Shown: positions 47,850 to 59,466 of the stretch, one piece after another
Layout: every line of letters begins with the position of its first letter
Position numbering within the stretch: position 1 is the first letter of the stretch
DNA from: Moniliella sp. 'wahieum'
Lineage: Eukaryota
NCBI GenBank assembly: GCA_003971905.1
Contig: RSEE01000030.1
Coordinates: forward strand, 1-64,000
Length of the DNA: 64,000 bases
Reading direction: 5' to 3'
The notes under the pieces: generated by a model
Database searches by the model: none
Seen by the model: the letters and a program-made list of their open reading frames with translations, nothing else
Told to the model about the DNA's origin: nothing
Program-made: the position numbers and the translations under genes

Positions 47850-50512
47850 GATTTGGCGGTGTATACGTCTGGTACGCTTTGCTTAAAGTGCTAGGTGTTT
47901 TACTCCCAATCAGAGAGATTGACGTTGGGTCAATGCGGTCCCCGTATTCAGTCCCCAGGCGTAGAGTCACCAATCAGAGTCTTCGATGCCCCAGGCTTCG
48001 GCATGGATAGGAACAGGGTTCGGGAGGGGATAAAGGATACCACTTAAGGTGACGCTCCATGTTGTCTCGTCGGAACGTCGTGAACCTCCTTCTGTCTGGA
48101 CCTCCTGATAAGATGGCACTGTGGGGGACGCGCCGTCAGACTCAGCCACCCTTAGGGCAGCGCACTCGGGATAGGGGGAAACCCAGATCGAGTCCACCAA
48201 GGATGAGATGCCAATAAGACGACCTTGGCGATACGGCAGCTCGCACACCACATAACAGGAAGGGGCAGCAAGACTGGAGGGCAAACACAATGGACGCGTG
48301 GACTAACATGCAAGACGTAATGGACAAAGAGAGCCTCCCTCGCATGATGGCGAGCTGCTTTTCAAGAAAGAGGGTATTACCAAGCTCGTGGAATGGCCAA
48401 CAATAACATTTCTTCTCTCGTTAACTTTCTTCTTCCCCTTCTGGGGCTATTTCAAGGGCTTCCCCCAACTCCCTATTAGTCCTTCCCCTACGAAGACTTC
48501 TACTACTAAGGATCATTTGAGAGAAGGGGTCAATCGTTTTAACGTTGAATAATTTTCTTTGTTTTTGAACAGAAAGAGGCCGTGCCCTCGATGAATCATG
48601 TAGTAGCGCTCCATTCACGGTAAAAGGGAGGAGAGTGTGGAATCCATAGAGCCTCATGTGGAGTCTAGTGGTGTCGGGAGAACGAAGAAGGACCTAGGGG
48701 TCGGGAGAACAGGATAAGGACTGCTAGTGCAGTGGATAAAGAGTGCTCTCACTGGCCGATTTCAAGGGGAATACAAGAATGACACAGTGACGGGAATGAA
48801 GTGTCCTGAGTTGAATCCCCCTCCTCATTATCGCGTTGGAAGCTAACACCGCCCCGAGGTGAGCGACGCTCTTGGGAGTCATCCAGTCGCATTGTGCCCA
48901 AGCTGTCCGCCCTCGAGAGGTCTTCCACTTGAGCTCCTGTGGCTGCGCGAACGACGTCCCGTACTGACGGTAGGCGTTGGATGCGGGGGGCGAAGAGGTT
49001 TTTGGCACCACAGGTCCGTGATCGGCTACCAGCGTCAGCAGCTCCTCGTAGGTCTTTCCGTCGTAATAGATCATCATCCCGCTTTCCTGGATGGTGTTGA
49101 CCACTGCCGCACGCAGGATTTTGGTGTCCAAAGGATCGTCCAGCCAAAAATTGATCATGTCACCAAGTGACGATGCTGTTCGACAAATTGCGCCCCAGTA
49201 CCCGATCCGATGGAAAGATTGATAAGTTTATTGAGGGCGTCAATGTTTTCCTTTGGTGTGGTGTGTGTGACCGTACCGCTCGCGGAGAAGGGCAAACAGG
49301 GAGGACGCAAGAGAGCCCACGTCACTCTCATGGAACGTGTAATGGAGGGTGCGGTCGAGCTGGAGGTAGAGGGGTCGAATAGCTTGCGGTCCAGACCAGG
49401 ATATAATGATTACCGGAAGGACCTCGCTCAATGATTTCCCGTGCCCCACTTAGAGACCGCTCCATCGCAGCCAGGATGCGGTCAGCATGGCCAGAAAGGT
49501 TCTCCGCTTTGAATTTGGCGCCTTTGTTCATAGTGATGATGATGTCCTTCAAAGCGGACAAGGTAACGGGGTCCTTGCAAGCGTCGCGGTATCGTTGGTT
49601 CAATGCTGTGTAAGCTCGAAGGCCAAGGCCGGATCGGAGGATAGAGGTTAAGAGCATGATCGTAGAGCTGGCTCCAACTCATCATTCCTCTGTCAAGCAA
49701 GCGCTGCAAGGCGCTGACAGCCTGGTCCAGGTCCTCTGTACCGATCGTAGGCTTTGCCTCAACACCAGTAGGTGTGGGAGCAGCGACAGCTTGCTTGAGA
49801 GCCGACGGAGTCGCGGCCAGTATTGGAGCCGGCGGTTCCTGATTCTGCACAACTGTTTTGCAATAAGCGGTATTCGTCCCCCCAGTTTGATCTGAATGTT
49901 GTTCAGACACCTTGAAAGAGGCGAGATGTTTGTCCAGCTGTAGTCAACTGAACGACGTGCTCGGTGCCCACCGAGACGTCTATGCCAGCTGGCACAACAG
50001 GGGTGGTTTCCCTGATGTGGTATGGTTAGGCCGGTGGTTTGGCTTGGTGTGGGGACGCTGGGTCGTCGATAGTGGTGGAAAGCGAAGAGCACCAATCCGG
50101 CTCGCAAAACCCCTTCAACAGGCGGTATGCCACGCGACGCAACTCGTTCAAGTGGCGTGCGACGGCTGATTTACAAATTGAGCGACTCCTGTCTACGATG
50201 GGTGCCTTGCCGCCAGTACGATGTACGACCATTGTTGAGAAATCGTCCATTTTTAGGATCTCTTTCTCAAGGGACGAGAGCTTGGTCGACATGGTCTGGA
50301 GAAGATGCGGAAGCGGCGGACATGATTACCGCCCTTGAGAACTCCTTGGGGTGTGTGTGCCTGAAGGCGAAAGTAGAGGGATTGGTATTGTATGATGTCG
50401 TCCTTTGCCAGGGAGCAAGCACGTTCGAAGGGGATCCAACTATCGGTGGGAAACGGTGGGGAACTTGCTCGATAATCCAATCGATCCGACGGGGCGTGGA
50501 AACGTTGCTCAT
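47850..50512 (-). mobile_element. Frameshifted gag-like ORF with aspartic-protease-like motifs (LTR-retrotransposon-derived; no RT or integrase seen)
   Basis: ATG in AACACCATG context at 50512. LFALLRERYG...ALNKLINL..GT..QFVEQHRHLV resembles a retrotransposon capsid segment. LPFTVNG...FIEG.TASF (~48630-48570) and ISSLVDS(G)SG (~48200) resemble retropepsin active sites. Reconstructed by eye across frameshifts. Confidence 0.5.
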
Positions 50513-51527
50513 GGTGTTGGGCGAGGGGTTGTGGTGGAAGGAAGAGAGAGGTTGTGTGGAATGTGGGACTTGCGTGTGGCGAACTGGAGGGAAGAGTGCG
50601 TTTGCTTTTTGTGTCTGCTGAAGAGCGAGAAGAGAGTGGTGGTCGGATGGGACCAGGATGCCTGACTGCTGTCGACACAGGTGATGGTGGCGGTGGGGGT
50701 GCAAGCGAGCGCCCCCGAATCTACAGGGACGTGCAGTGCCCAGCCGAATGGACACTGTGGGGCCGCTTGCCGAGAGGCGAAAGAACATGGCCGAAGCGCA
50801 TCGAGAAAGTTGACCCAACAGCGGAGCAGACCACGGCTGTACTACAAGCGGCCTGGCGTGGGTGACGGAATGCACGGGCCACCCGTGGGTGGGCAGGAGA
50901 GGCTGGGCTGCCTGCGTCTCTGCTCTCGCTTATCGCGCTGCGAGAGTGGGTATCGAATACCTGGGAGGCCCAGCCGCACGAGCAGCGACGCTTCGTCGAG
51001 AGTGTATAACCTCCATCGTGCTGGAGGCGCATGGATTTGAAATGTGCAGACGGCATGCCCAGGGGCCACTCCAGGGTGGAAGGGCGCGCGCGGGCACTGG
51101 CGCAGAGGCCGAGGCGCAGAGGCCGAGGGCCGGGGCTGCGGGGCGAAAGGAGGCGCGCGCCGCCCAGCAGCAGTGTGCCCCCTTGCAACAAATTTGACGC
51201 CCAGGCCGAGCAGCAGCCGCAAGCCACGGCCCATCCGGCGGTGCGCCCCATGCACATTCAATTCACCTGACGAGCACCGCGCCGGCTACCGCGTTGGTGG
51301 GGGCAGGCAGCCGTGTCAGTACTCGGTCTGCTCCACCCGACCTCCCCCGCCGCCACTACCACCACCACCACACTCGCTCCCCCCGCGCTCGTCCTCTCCC
51401 TCCCTCTCCCTGGCTCGTGGGCACGCCCCCCACGTGGTGCCCACTCGGCCGCCTATACCCTCTCTTGCACCCTCGCCTCCTCCCGCTCCCTTCCCCGCCC
51501 CCTCATCTTCCCTCGGGTGCGACCACG

Positions 51528-54500
51528 ATGGACCCCTCCAACCAGCCCAACTCCTGCCAGGAGGTCTCTGGCAACCTCAAGCAGCTGGGCGCCATCATTA
51601 TCTGCCTTGGTATGCTCTCTTCCTCCCTCCCCCCCCAGCGTAGTGCTGACTTGCCTTCTGCCCCCAGAACTCCCAGTCCTCCATCAGTGCTCCCCAGGTT
51701 GGCATTGCCGTCGCCACCTATGCTGCCGCCGCGCAGGCATGCTCCTCCTCTTCCAGTTCATGCGCCCCAGCAACCGAATAGTCTATGAGCCCAAGCTCAA
51801 GTACGCGACGGCCGCCCGGCCTGCCCGCCAATGGGCCGGAACCCCTTTGGCTGGCTGCCCCCCCTGTGGCGCATGAAGGAGAAGGATTTGTTGCCGATCA
51901 TTGGGCTTGATGCGATTGCGTACCTGCGCTTTGTGCGCATGATGCGTTGGTGCCTGACCGTTATGGGCCTCGTCATGTGCGCTGTGCTGATCCCGATCGA
52001 CGTGATGTTCAACGTGCGGGACCGCGACTCGAGCAGCAACTCGTCTGATGACAACCAGAAACTTCCTCTTCATGATCACCATGCGCGACGTGCATGGTAC
52101 GGATCTGTGGGCGCATGTGGTGATGAGCTACTTTGGCACGTGGTTGCGATGGCCTTTTTGTGGCTCAACTGGCGTCACATGTTGCGCTTGCGATGGGATG
52201 GTTCCGATCGCCCGAGTACCAAGACGCCTTGTACGCTCGCACGCTCCTCATTACCCACGTTCCCTCTTCGATGCGTTCCGACGAGGCGCTGTACGGGGTG
52301 TTGCAGCGGCTCAAGATGCCCTACCCCACCACCGAAGTGTTTATCGGACGTGACATGGGCCTCCTCCCCGATCTCATCGACCGACATAAAGTGTTGGTCG
52401 CAAGCTAGAGCGTGCCCTGGTGTGGTACCTCCGCTCCCCCACCACAGTGCGCAATCGTCGGCCCACCACCCGCCTAGGCGGGTTCCTAGGCATGGGGGGG
52501 CGCAAGGTGGACTCGATCGATTACTACTCGGACCAGATTGAGCAGGTCGAGGCCTCAATCCAAGAATGGCGGCAACGCATGACTGAGAAGCGAGCGGTCA
52601 GCTATGGATTTGCCAGTACGGGGGCTGTGCACTATGCCCACGCTGCCGCCCGCAGTCTGCGGTACAAGCGGCCCCATGGGCTCAAGATTCAACTCGCCCC
52701 ACCCCCCAACGCCATCATTTGGCGCAACTAACGCTCGATTCATGGGCTCGCTTTCGGTCAAGCGCATTGGGGTTTGTGTTGCTCACTGTGCTTTGTTCAT
52801 CAACGCGGTACCCTTGACAGGTGTCAACTTGATCTCCAACATGAGCCTGTTTGCTAGCGACAATGTTCAGTGGACAGGGGGCAGCGGTTCGGGCCAGACG
52901 AGCGAGGACAATGGAACGCATCATGCCCTGATCCCCTTCCTCCACACCTGGTACATTCACAGCCACCTCTCTTTGCTGCCGTGGCCGGTATTCTGCCCCG
53001 CTCATTTCGGCTGTCGCCGGTTGGCTGTTGCCCATCAGTATGCGGCGCCTTGCGAAATATCGCGGCATCACGTCCAAGATCAAGACAGACAGGGTGATTT
53101 GGGGCAGTACTATGGCTATCTTGTCATTTCCCAGCTCATCGTCTTCACCTTGATTGGTGTCGTGATCAACTTGATTGCCCTGGTTGTCTCCTCTGTGGAG
53201 AAGTCGGTCAAGTTTGGCGTGATTATGGACAAATGCAACTGCCGCAGACGATCAAGCAGCAGTACTTTATGTTGGGCAATTACTGGCTCACCTGGATGCC
53301 GTTGAAGATCATGCTCGTTTTTCTCGATCTGGCTCAAGTGATCAAACTCATGTTTGTGTGGTTGCAGAAGGGCCTGTTTAGCAAGACACCTCGCGACGTG
53401 CGCGAGCTCACCGAACCGCCTTCTTTGAGTACAGCAACTACTATGCAAATGTTCTCTTTGTCGGTGCGGTGGCGATGGTATACGCGACCCTTTCCCCTTT
53501 GATCGTGGTGCTTGGCGCGATTGCCTGCTGGACATACAGTTTCGCCAACAAGTACCAGCTCATGTACGTCAACCAAACCAAACACGAGGCTGGTGGCGCT
53601 CTCTGGCCCGCCGCCTCCAATCGTTTTTTGATCAATCTTCTCTTCATGCAAGCCATCCTTGTGTTGGCTGTGTTGTGGAAGACATCAAGACGGGCTACCG
53701 TGCCGTAGCCTGCTTGCCCCCCATTCTTATGGTGGTCATCTTCAAGGTCTACATCGCCGTGCTTTTGAACGCAAATACGAGTGGTACATCCCTGATGTGG
53801 AGGAGGCGAGCCAAGTACGGGTGCACAAGGGTGACCAAAGGCACCATCGCCTGGAGCGCCGGTTTGGCCACCCTTACTTGACCGAAAAAGCTTTGGACGC
53901 CGATGGTGCACGCGCGCATGCAGGGTCTGCTCTCCCAAGTTTACCACGGCCGGCTGGATGAGGCCAAGGTCTCCATGGTTGACGGACGCAAAGTCGAGAC
54001 AGCTGCTATTGGCGGTGGAGTCAAGATTGCGTTTGTGGACGAAGACCAGCTGGAGTACGACCCGAAGAAGGACGACGACACTCGCTCCATCATGTCTTCC
54101 ACCACACTTTCGACTACCCTTGGTCCACCGCGCCAGCCAACGGGACCATCGCCCCTCGGAGCCGGCTACTACCAAGACCAGTTCCAACAGCAGTACGCCC
54201 AGTACCTTGCTGGTGGTCCAGGCAGCATGGCCGAGGAATACGAGATGGGCAATGTGTACGGTCCCAGCGGCGGCGCTGGGCGGCAAAGGAGCATGGGGCG
54301 AGTCGAAGGAAGTGCTGCTGCACCCGACTATGGCATGGCCACGTCCCAGTCCATGGATCACGCCGACTTGATGGGGGGTCCAGTTACCACCTGGACTCGT
54401 ACGACGGGGAAAAAGCCGGCTCCCTCTCCCACGTGGACTTGTCCTATGGTCCGCGCACGGCCAGCCCACACCGCTCATGTACCCTCCGCGTGCACCCAGT

Positions 54501-54824
54501 GCGATGGGCGCCGGGCGCGTTGCGCTTGGGCCTGCGATGAGCAGCAGCTCGTTGCACTCGGACCATACCATGCCCATGTACCCCGACCCCTCCATGTCGT
54601 ACGGCGGCTCCTACGCGCAGGCCGAACCGACTGCCTACCCACCCGCCGCCGACCATGCGCCATCGGCGTACGCCCCGGCGCCCAACTACTCTTCTACCGC
54701 CTTTGCGCCTGAGGGCGCCCCGTCCCTTCCGCCCGCCGCGGCCCCTCCACTGCAAGGATACCAGCCCGCCCCTGGCCCGTATCACGACCCGTACCACCCT
54801 CACCCGCCTCCCGCGCCCTACTGA
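51528..54824 (+). CDS. OSCA/TMEM63 (CSC1/RSN1/DUF221) calcium-permeable channel
   Basis: MRPSNRIVYEPKLKY, IGLDAIAYLRF, WFRSPEYQDALYARTL, KVDSIDYY, SYGFAS, LAPPPNAIIWRN, KYQLMYV, RRFGHP. Pro/Tyr-rich tail ends at 54824. Confidence 0.92.
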
Positions 54825-55598
54825 TGCGCTTGATTCCCCCCCCCCCTCCCCCTCGCGTGTCCTCTCTATCGTTTTACCCCCCCCCCGCCCACTGTCCTTG
54901 CCAGCTCTGCGAACATCCCTGCCCTCCCTCTCATTACCCGCATCTGATCTTGTTGGTTTCCTTGGCAACATATTTCCCTCTACCAGACCTGTGTGTGGGT
55001 GCCCCCAGGTGCCTTGAGCCTGACGTGATGAATCCAGCTGTCGAGTTGTCCCGTGCCAGGTGCACCCCCCTGAGGGTCTCAGGGGAGTCGGCGGAGAGTG
55101 ACTAGTGACGCGTGACAGTGACGGAAAGAGGACGAGGAGGCGACGGCGCGTGGCTGGCGCCAACCGCGCCGACGGGCTCAGGCTGCTCAGGCTCCTCAGG
55201 CTCAGGACTCAGACTCAGGAGCTTTGTGGCAGCCACGCACGTGTTGGTTGTGTTGTCGGCTGGCCGCGTCCCAACGCCGTGGGCGCGGGGGGGGGCACAC
55301 TGGCGCTGTGCTGCCGTGCCAGCGTGAGATCAGCTCATGGTTAGTGATTAAGTCCATCGAAGCACCCAGCGTCGTGTAGGTCCTCGGTGGGCGCTGCCAG
55401 CCAGCAGGCACGCGTGCAGTGTGTCTGCCCCATTCCCGCCGCTCGTCGCGCTCGGCGTGACATGTCATCGAATCACTCAGCCCTCGTCGTCGAGTGTTGG
55501 TGAATAGTGAAGTTGATGCTGCACTGATGGGCCCTCCGCCCCGCTCTCCTTGCTGCGTCCACACCGCCCCCGCCTGCCCCCCTCGTCTCTGCCCGGCC

Positions 55599-58500
55599 AT
55601 GGCCGACCTCTGCCACACCTCGACGCATGCAGTGACGCCCGCTTGCACCTCCCCAGCCGCACCGTCACAGCCGGCGGGCGTCTGAGTGGCGTCCTCGTCT
55701 TACCCGCCCTTGCGTCGTCGTCTGCATCTGCCTCGCCATCCGCATCGCCATCGCCATCGCCGTCCTCTCCTCGGCCACCTCCGCCCCAACTCACCCTGTC
55801 CGCTTCCGCCGGCACGGGCGATGGCTCTCAGGCGGCCCGGGCACCTGCGCTGCAGACGAGACGGCGGCTGATGCTACGGCCGAGATTGGCGCGGTTACAA
55901 CGCGTACCCACGCGCCCCCCCCTGGTCCCGGACCGGCAGGCAAGCGACTGTCCATTTGGTTGGTGTGGAGGGTATGTGATCTGCTGGCCAAGGCGCGCTT
56001 TGCTTTTTGTTGTTTGATGTCTGACCGTGCTGGTCTTGTCTTCCAGATCTTCCGAACGGCGAGCACGTCCAGGTGACGCATTTGCACCAAGAACTTGTGC
56101 GCCAGCCACCGAGGCCCGGTCTCACGCCAGACCCGGCTTGTGTTCCAGCTTGATCTGCCATCCTCCCTTGCTGGATCCCACAAGGGGGAAAAATGTGGTG
56201 TGCGCTACGTCGTGCTGGCAGAAGTCCATTCGCCTACCGGCCACGTCGACTGGACTGCCGAGCCCATCCACGTCTCGCCTTGCCTACTGACCTGGCCGCT
56301 CAAGCGGCAGCGGCTACCAAACCAGCCCAAACTGTGGAATCAGAGAACGGAGTCAAGCTCGGTCCATTTGCCTCGTCCCTCACAATGGCTGGTACGACTA
56401 CGTTGGTTCCCATCACGGTTCAACCATTCGCCTGATCCCATCCGCTGCCTTCGCGCACGTTGGTTCAAACCGAGTCATCCTGCCTGCTTCGCCGGAGGAT
56501 TTATCGTGGTCCGACGTCAAAGAGTCGGAAGCCTCGATCGAATCCACCGAGTCCAAGTGGGTGCATCACGTTGACTCTGACGTAGGCGCGGACCTTTTGG
56601 CCGAGCGTGTTGCCAGGGGAGACGATTGACTGGGCAGTACCCGTGTCCATCCCAGTATGTCCTTCCCCTCTCCTCTCCAGCAGGCCTTGTCCCACTGACC
56701 ACCGGCTCTTCAGACCAGCATCGACATTTCTGCGTCGGCCCCTGCGTCTCGCGTACGCGTTTCCTACCAACTTGCGACCCAACTTTTTCGGATGCGAGCG
56801 AGACCAAGGTGGCCGCGGTACAAGTTGACACGCCACTTGTGATTGCACCTTTGAATACATTGAGTTCCGCGTTGGGCCAGAGCACCAGGCTGGTTTGACA
56901 TCCGCGCCTCTCCCCGCCTTTTTGGTTCTCCAGTGCCCAGGAGCCGTATGCGCAAGCCGTCGATTCCAGTGCATCTCTTTCGGCAAGAGCTTGATCCCGC
57001 CGGCCCCGTTCCGGGCAGGTCCTCCGGTCTTTCCCATTCCCTCTCGCCTGGGGGCGCGGTACCACGGTCGTCCTCCCCACCTTCTACCCCCCGCGGTTCC
57101 CGCATCTCCAAAATCCCCTCGCCGCGTCCCAGTCCCATCCTGTCGCTACCTGGCAACGATTCGGCAGACAGCACGACGGTGGATTTGGGCAACGATTCGG
57201 CCGGTCGGATTGGTGGGGACTTGAGCGGGATCAGTGAGCACACTGAACACACCGATACCGATACTTCACCCGCTCTCAACCGTCGACGGTGGGCGACGAC
57301 AGTTCCTTGGATGAAAATGGGGCCGTGATGGGCCAAGTGTGGCCGGGCGCGACGGGCACGTTGGATTTGGGAGCCCCGCCCACGGCTTCGGTCGGGACCC
57401 GAGTGCCTGCCATCCGAGTGCGCGGGGTGGCAAAGTTCCTGCAGCTGGCCCCACCCCGTCTCGCTCGACCTGGGTTCTCCTCCACCCGTGTTCCTTCGGC
57501 TGGGAGCAGCGCGGCACGGGGACCCGATACGCCGTCCTCGGGAGCAGCTGCTAGCGGCCTGGCCGCTCGCCGGCGGCAAGGCAGCGGCACTCCTTCCTCG
57601 ACCTCTACCACCACACGAACCGGACCCGCTTCCAGTCCTTCTGGCAGTGCAGGTGTCGGGTTGCGCGCCACCAACGCGCCCAGCACACTTCGCCGCACTA
57701 CCTCTGGTCATTCGCCTTCGACCTTGCCCCTGCCCGCTCGCCAGCAAGCGGGTTGGGCTTGTCCCCTTCTCCTGCCAGTGCCCACCCGGGCCGTCCCTCT
57801 GGCCGAGTCGGATCCGGTACGCCTTCCGTGGGGTTGACACGTAGTGCCTCCAACCACGCCTTCCCGACGCCAGTAACGCCGACACCGCCGATGCGCCGCT
57901 CGGCGTCGCGGGGCGACTTGACAGGCACGACCAAGACGAGTGGGGCAGGTGCACCGGGCGACCAGTCGGTCGGAACGCCCATCATGCGACGTACGGGCGT
58001 GACGGCGCGCGCTCGTCCTCAGTCACTTATGTTGGCTCGAAAGAGCAGCCTGCACCCTGTCCTCGCCCTCGGTTCCCTTGCCCCGAGCTCGTGTGACTCG
58101 ACCCGGTCTCGCACCGACTCCACCTCCGGCCCGCGCGTTCGCCGCGTCGTCTCCGGTCCCAGTTCTCTCACTACCCTCCTACGCCAGGCACGGCGGTCGG
58201 ACCGAAACCTGCCCCGCTGGCCCGCACCCCACACGCATGGGGACACGGCAAGCGTCGGCGGGCAGTGTCGCGTCAGGGCCAGGGGTCAAGGCCAAGGTGT
58301 CCTTGGACCAAATCATTGCCCCTCCTCCTCCTGCGGTAGGAGGGAGAAAAGCGATGACCGAGCTCGGCTTTGGTCCGTCCAGCGCGAGGGTGGGCCGAGC
58401 CACGTCCGGTCTCGGTGTGGGAGCGGTGGGGCTCGGTTCGCACGGCAGTGGCGATCACCACAGCTACTCGTTCAAGAACTATGCGGCTGCCGCAGGGGCT

Positions 58501-58874
58501 GGCACAGGTGCCGCCGAGGTCCGGATGGGACCGACGGGCGCGATGAGTACCAGCTCTGGGGCGATGCCGAGCCATGGACTGGTCCGCTCCCAGTCCCACG
58601 CCCACCTGGCCGGGGGGGCGGCGGGAGCCTGCGAGCTGGCCGACCGCGGTGGCCGCGTCGGAAATCAGTTTCTCGGCGCCGGTGCGGGCCAAGGTACCAA
58701 CGGCGGCGGGCCGATGCCCCGTGCACGCTCCCGCACCGGATCCAACTCGTCCCACACGGCCGCCGCCCACGCGGTGGCATCAGCGCCAGCCGGCGCCCGC
58801 CCTCGCGCTCGTCTCATCTACTCGCCGCGCCAGCGTCGCCGATCCGGGTGCGGACCAAGAGCGTGGAGCTCTAA
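55599..58874 (+). CDS. Probable arrestin-fold protein with long Ser/Pro/Gly-rich tail
   Basis: VTAGGRLSGVLVL and VFQLDLPSSLAGSHKGEKCGVRYVVLAEV resemble the alpha-arrestin N domain. VLPGETIDWAVPVSIP follows. Introns near 55958-56047 and 56655-56713. Start and end are uncertain. Confidence 0.5.
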
Positions 58875-59091
58875 GACGGATGGATGGGTCTCCTGCCTGT
58901 GGCCTCGGGCCTGAGGCCGGCGAGGAGGCACCACAGCGAGAATTGATTGATATGCCATGCCCGCCCACCCCATCTCCATCCCCATCCCCACCCTCGCCAC
59001 CGCAGTTCACAATTGCTGTATTCAATCGCAGACCCACGAGGGAAGGATAGGCGCCGTGCGCCGCATGCCGGCCCGCCGGGATTCGGAACGT

Positions 59092-59317
59092 GGCGCGAAA
59101 ACAAACGCGCGACGCGTGTGCTACGCGGCCCGCGCGATCCGATCGATCATCGATCATCGGTCATCATCCCTCTTCCGCCTCATTCCACGTAACGCGCACG
59201 CACACTGGCGCCAAGCCCCATCTGGCCCGGCGCGACGGGCACGCGGCGGTGTGGGGGGACGCGCAGTGCCCACGGCGCGTCGAGCACTGGCGCGGTGCGG
59301 GACGCGGGACTACGCGT
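59092..59317. promoter_or_regulatory. G1/S promoter elements upstream of MCM2 (MCB and SCB/E2F-like sites)
   Basis: ACGCGT at 59112 and 59312, several ACGCG cores, and GGCGCGAAAA at 59092. Confidence 0.6.
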
Positions 59318-59466
59318 CGCGTGTGGCGCGTCGCGGCCGAGGTGGGCGGCAGAAGCCTTGGGCTCGGGCAGCAGCAGAGTGCAAGTAGAACACTGCCCAT
59401 TCCCCCCGCGCTTGGCTCCCCACCACCACCACCACCACCCCTTCCCTCGCCTGCTGTCTAGCGAGC

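Noticed and set aside
47083..50572. 11-bp inverted repeat CAAGTCCCACA/TGTGGGACTTG bracketing the gag-like ORF as TIRs
   Set aside because: It does not extend, has no TSD and no transposase. Plausibly chance.
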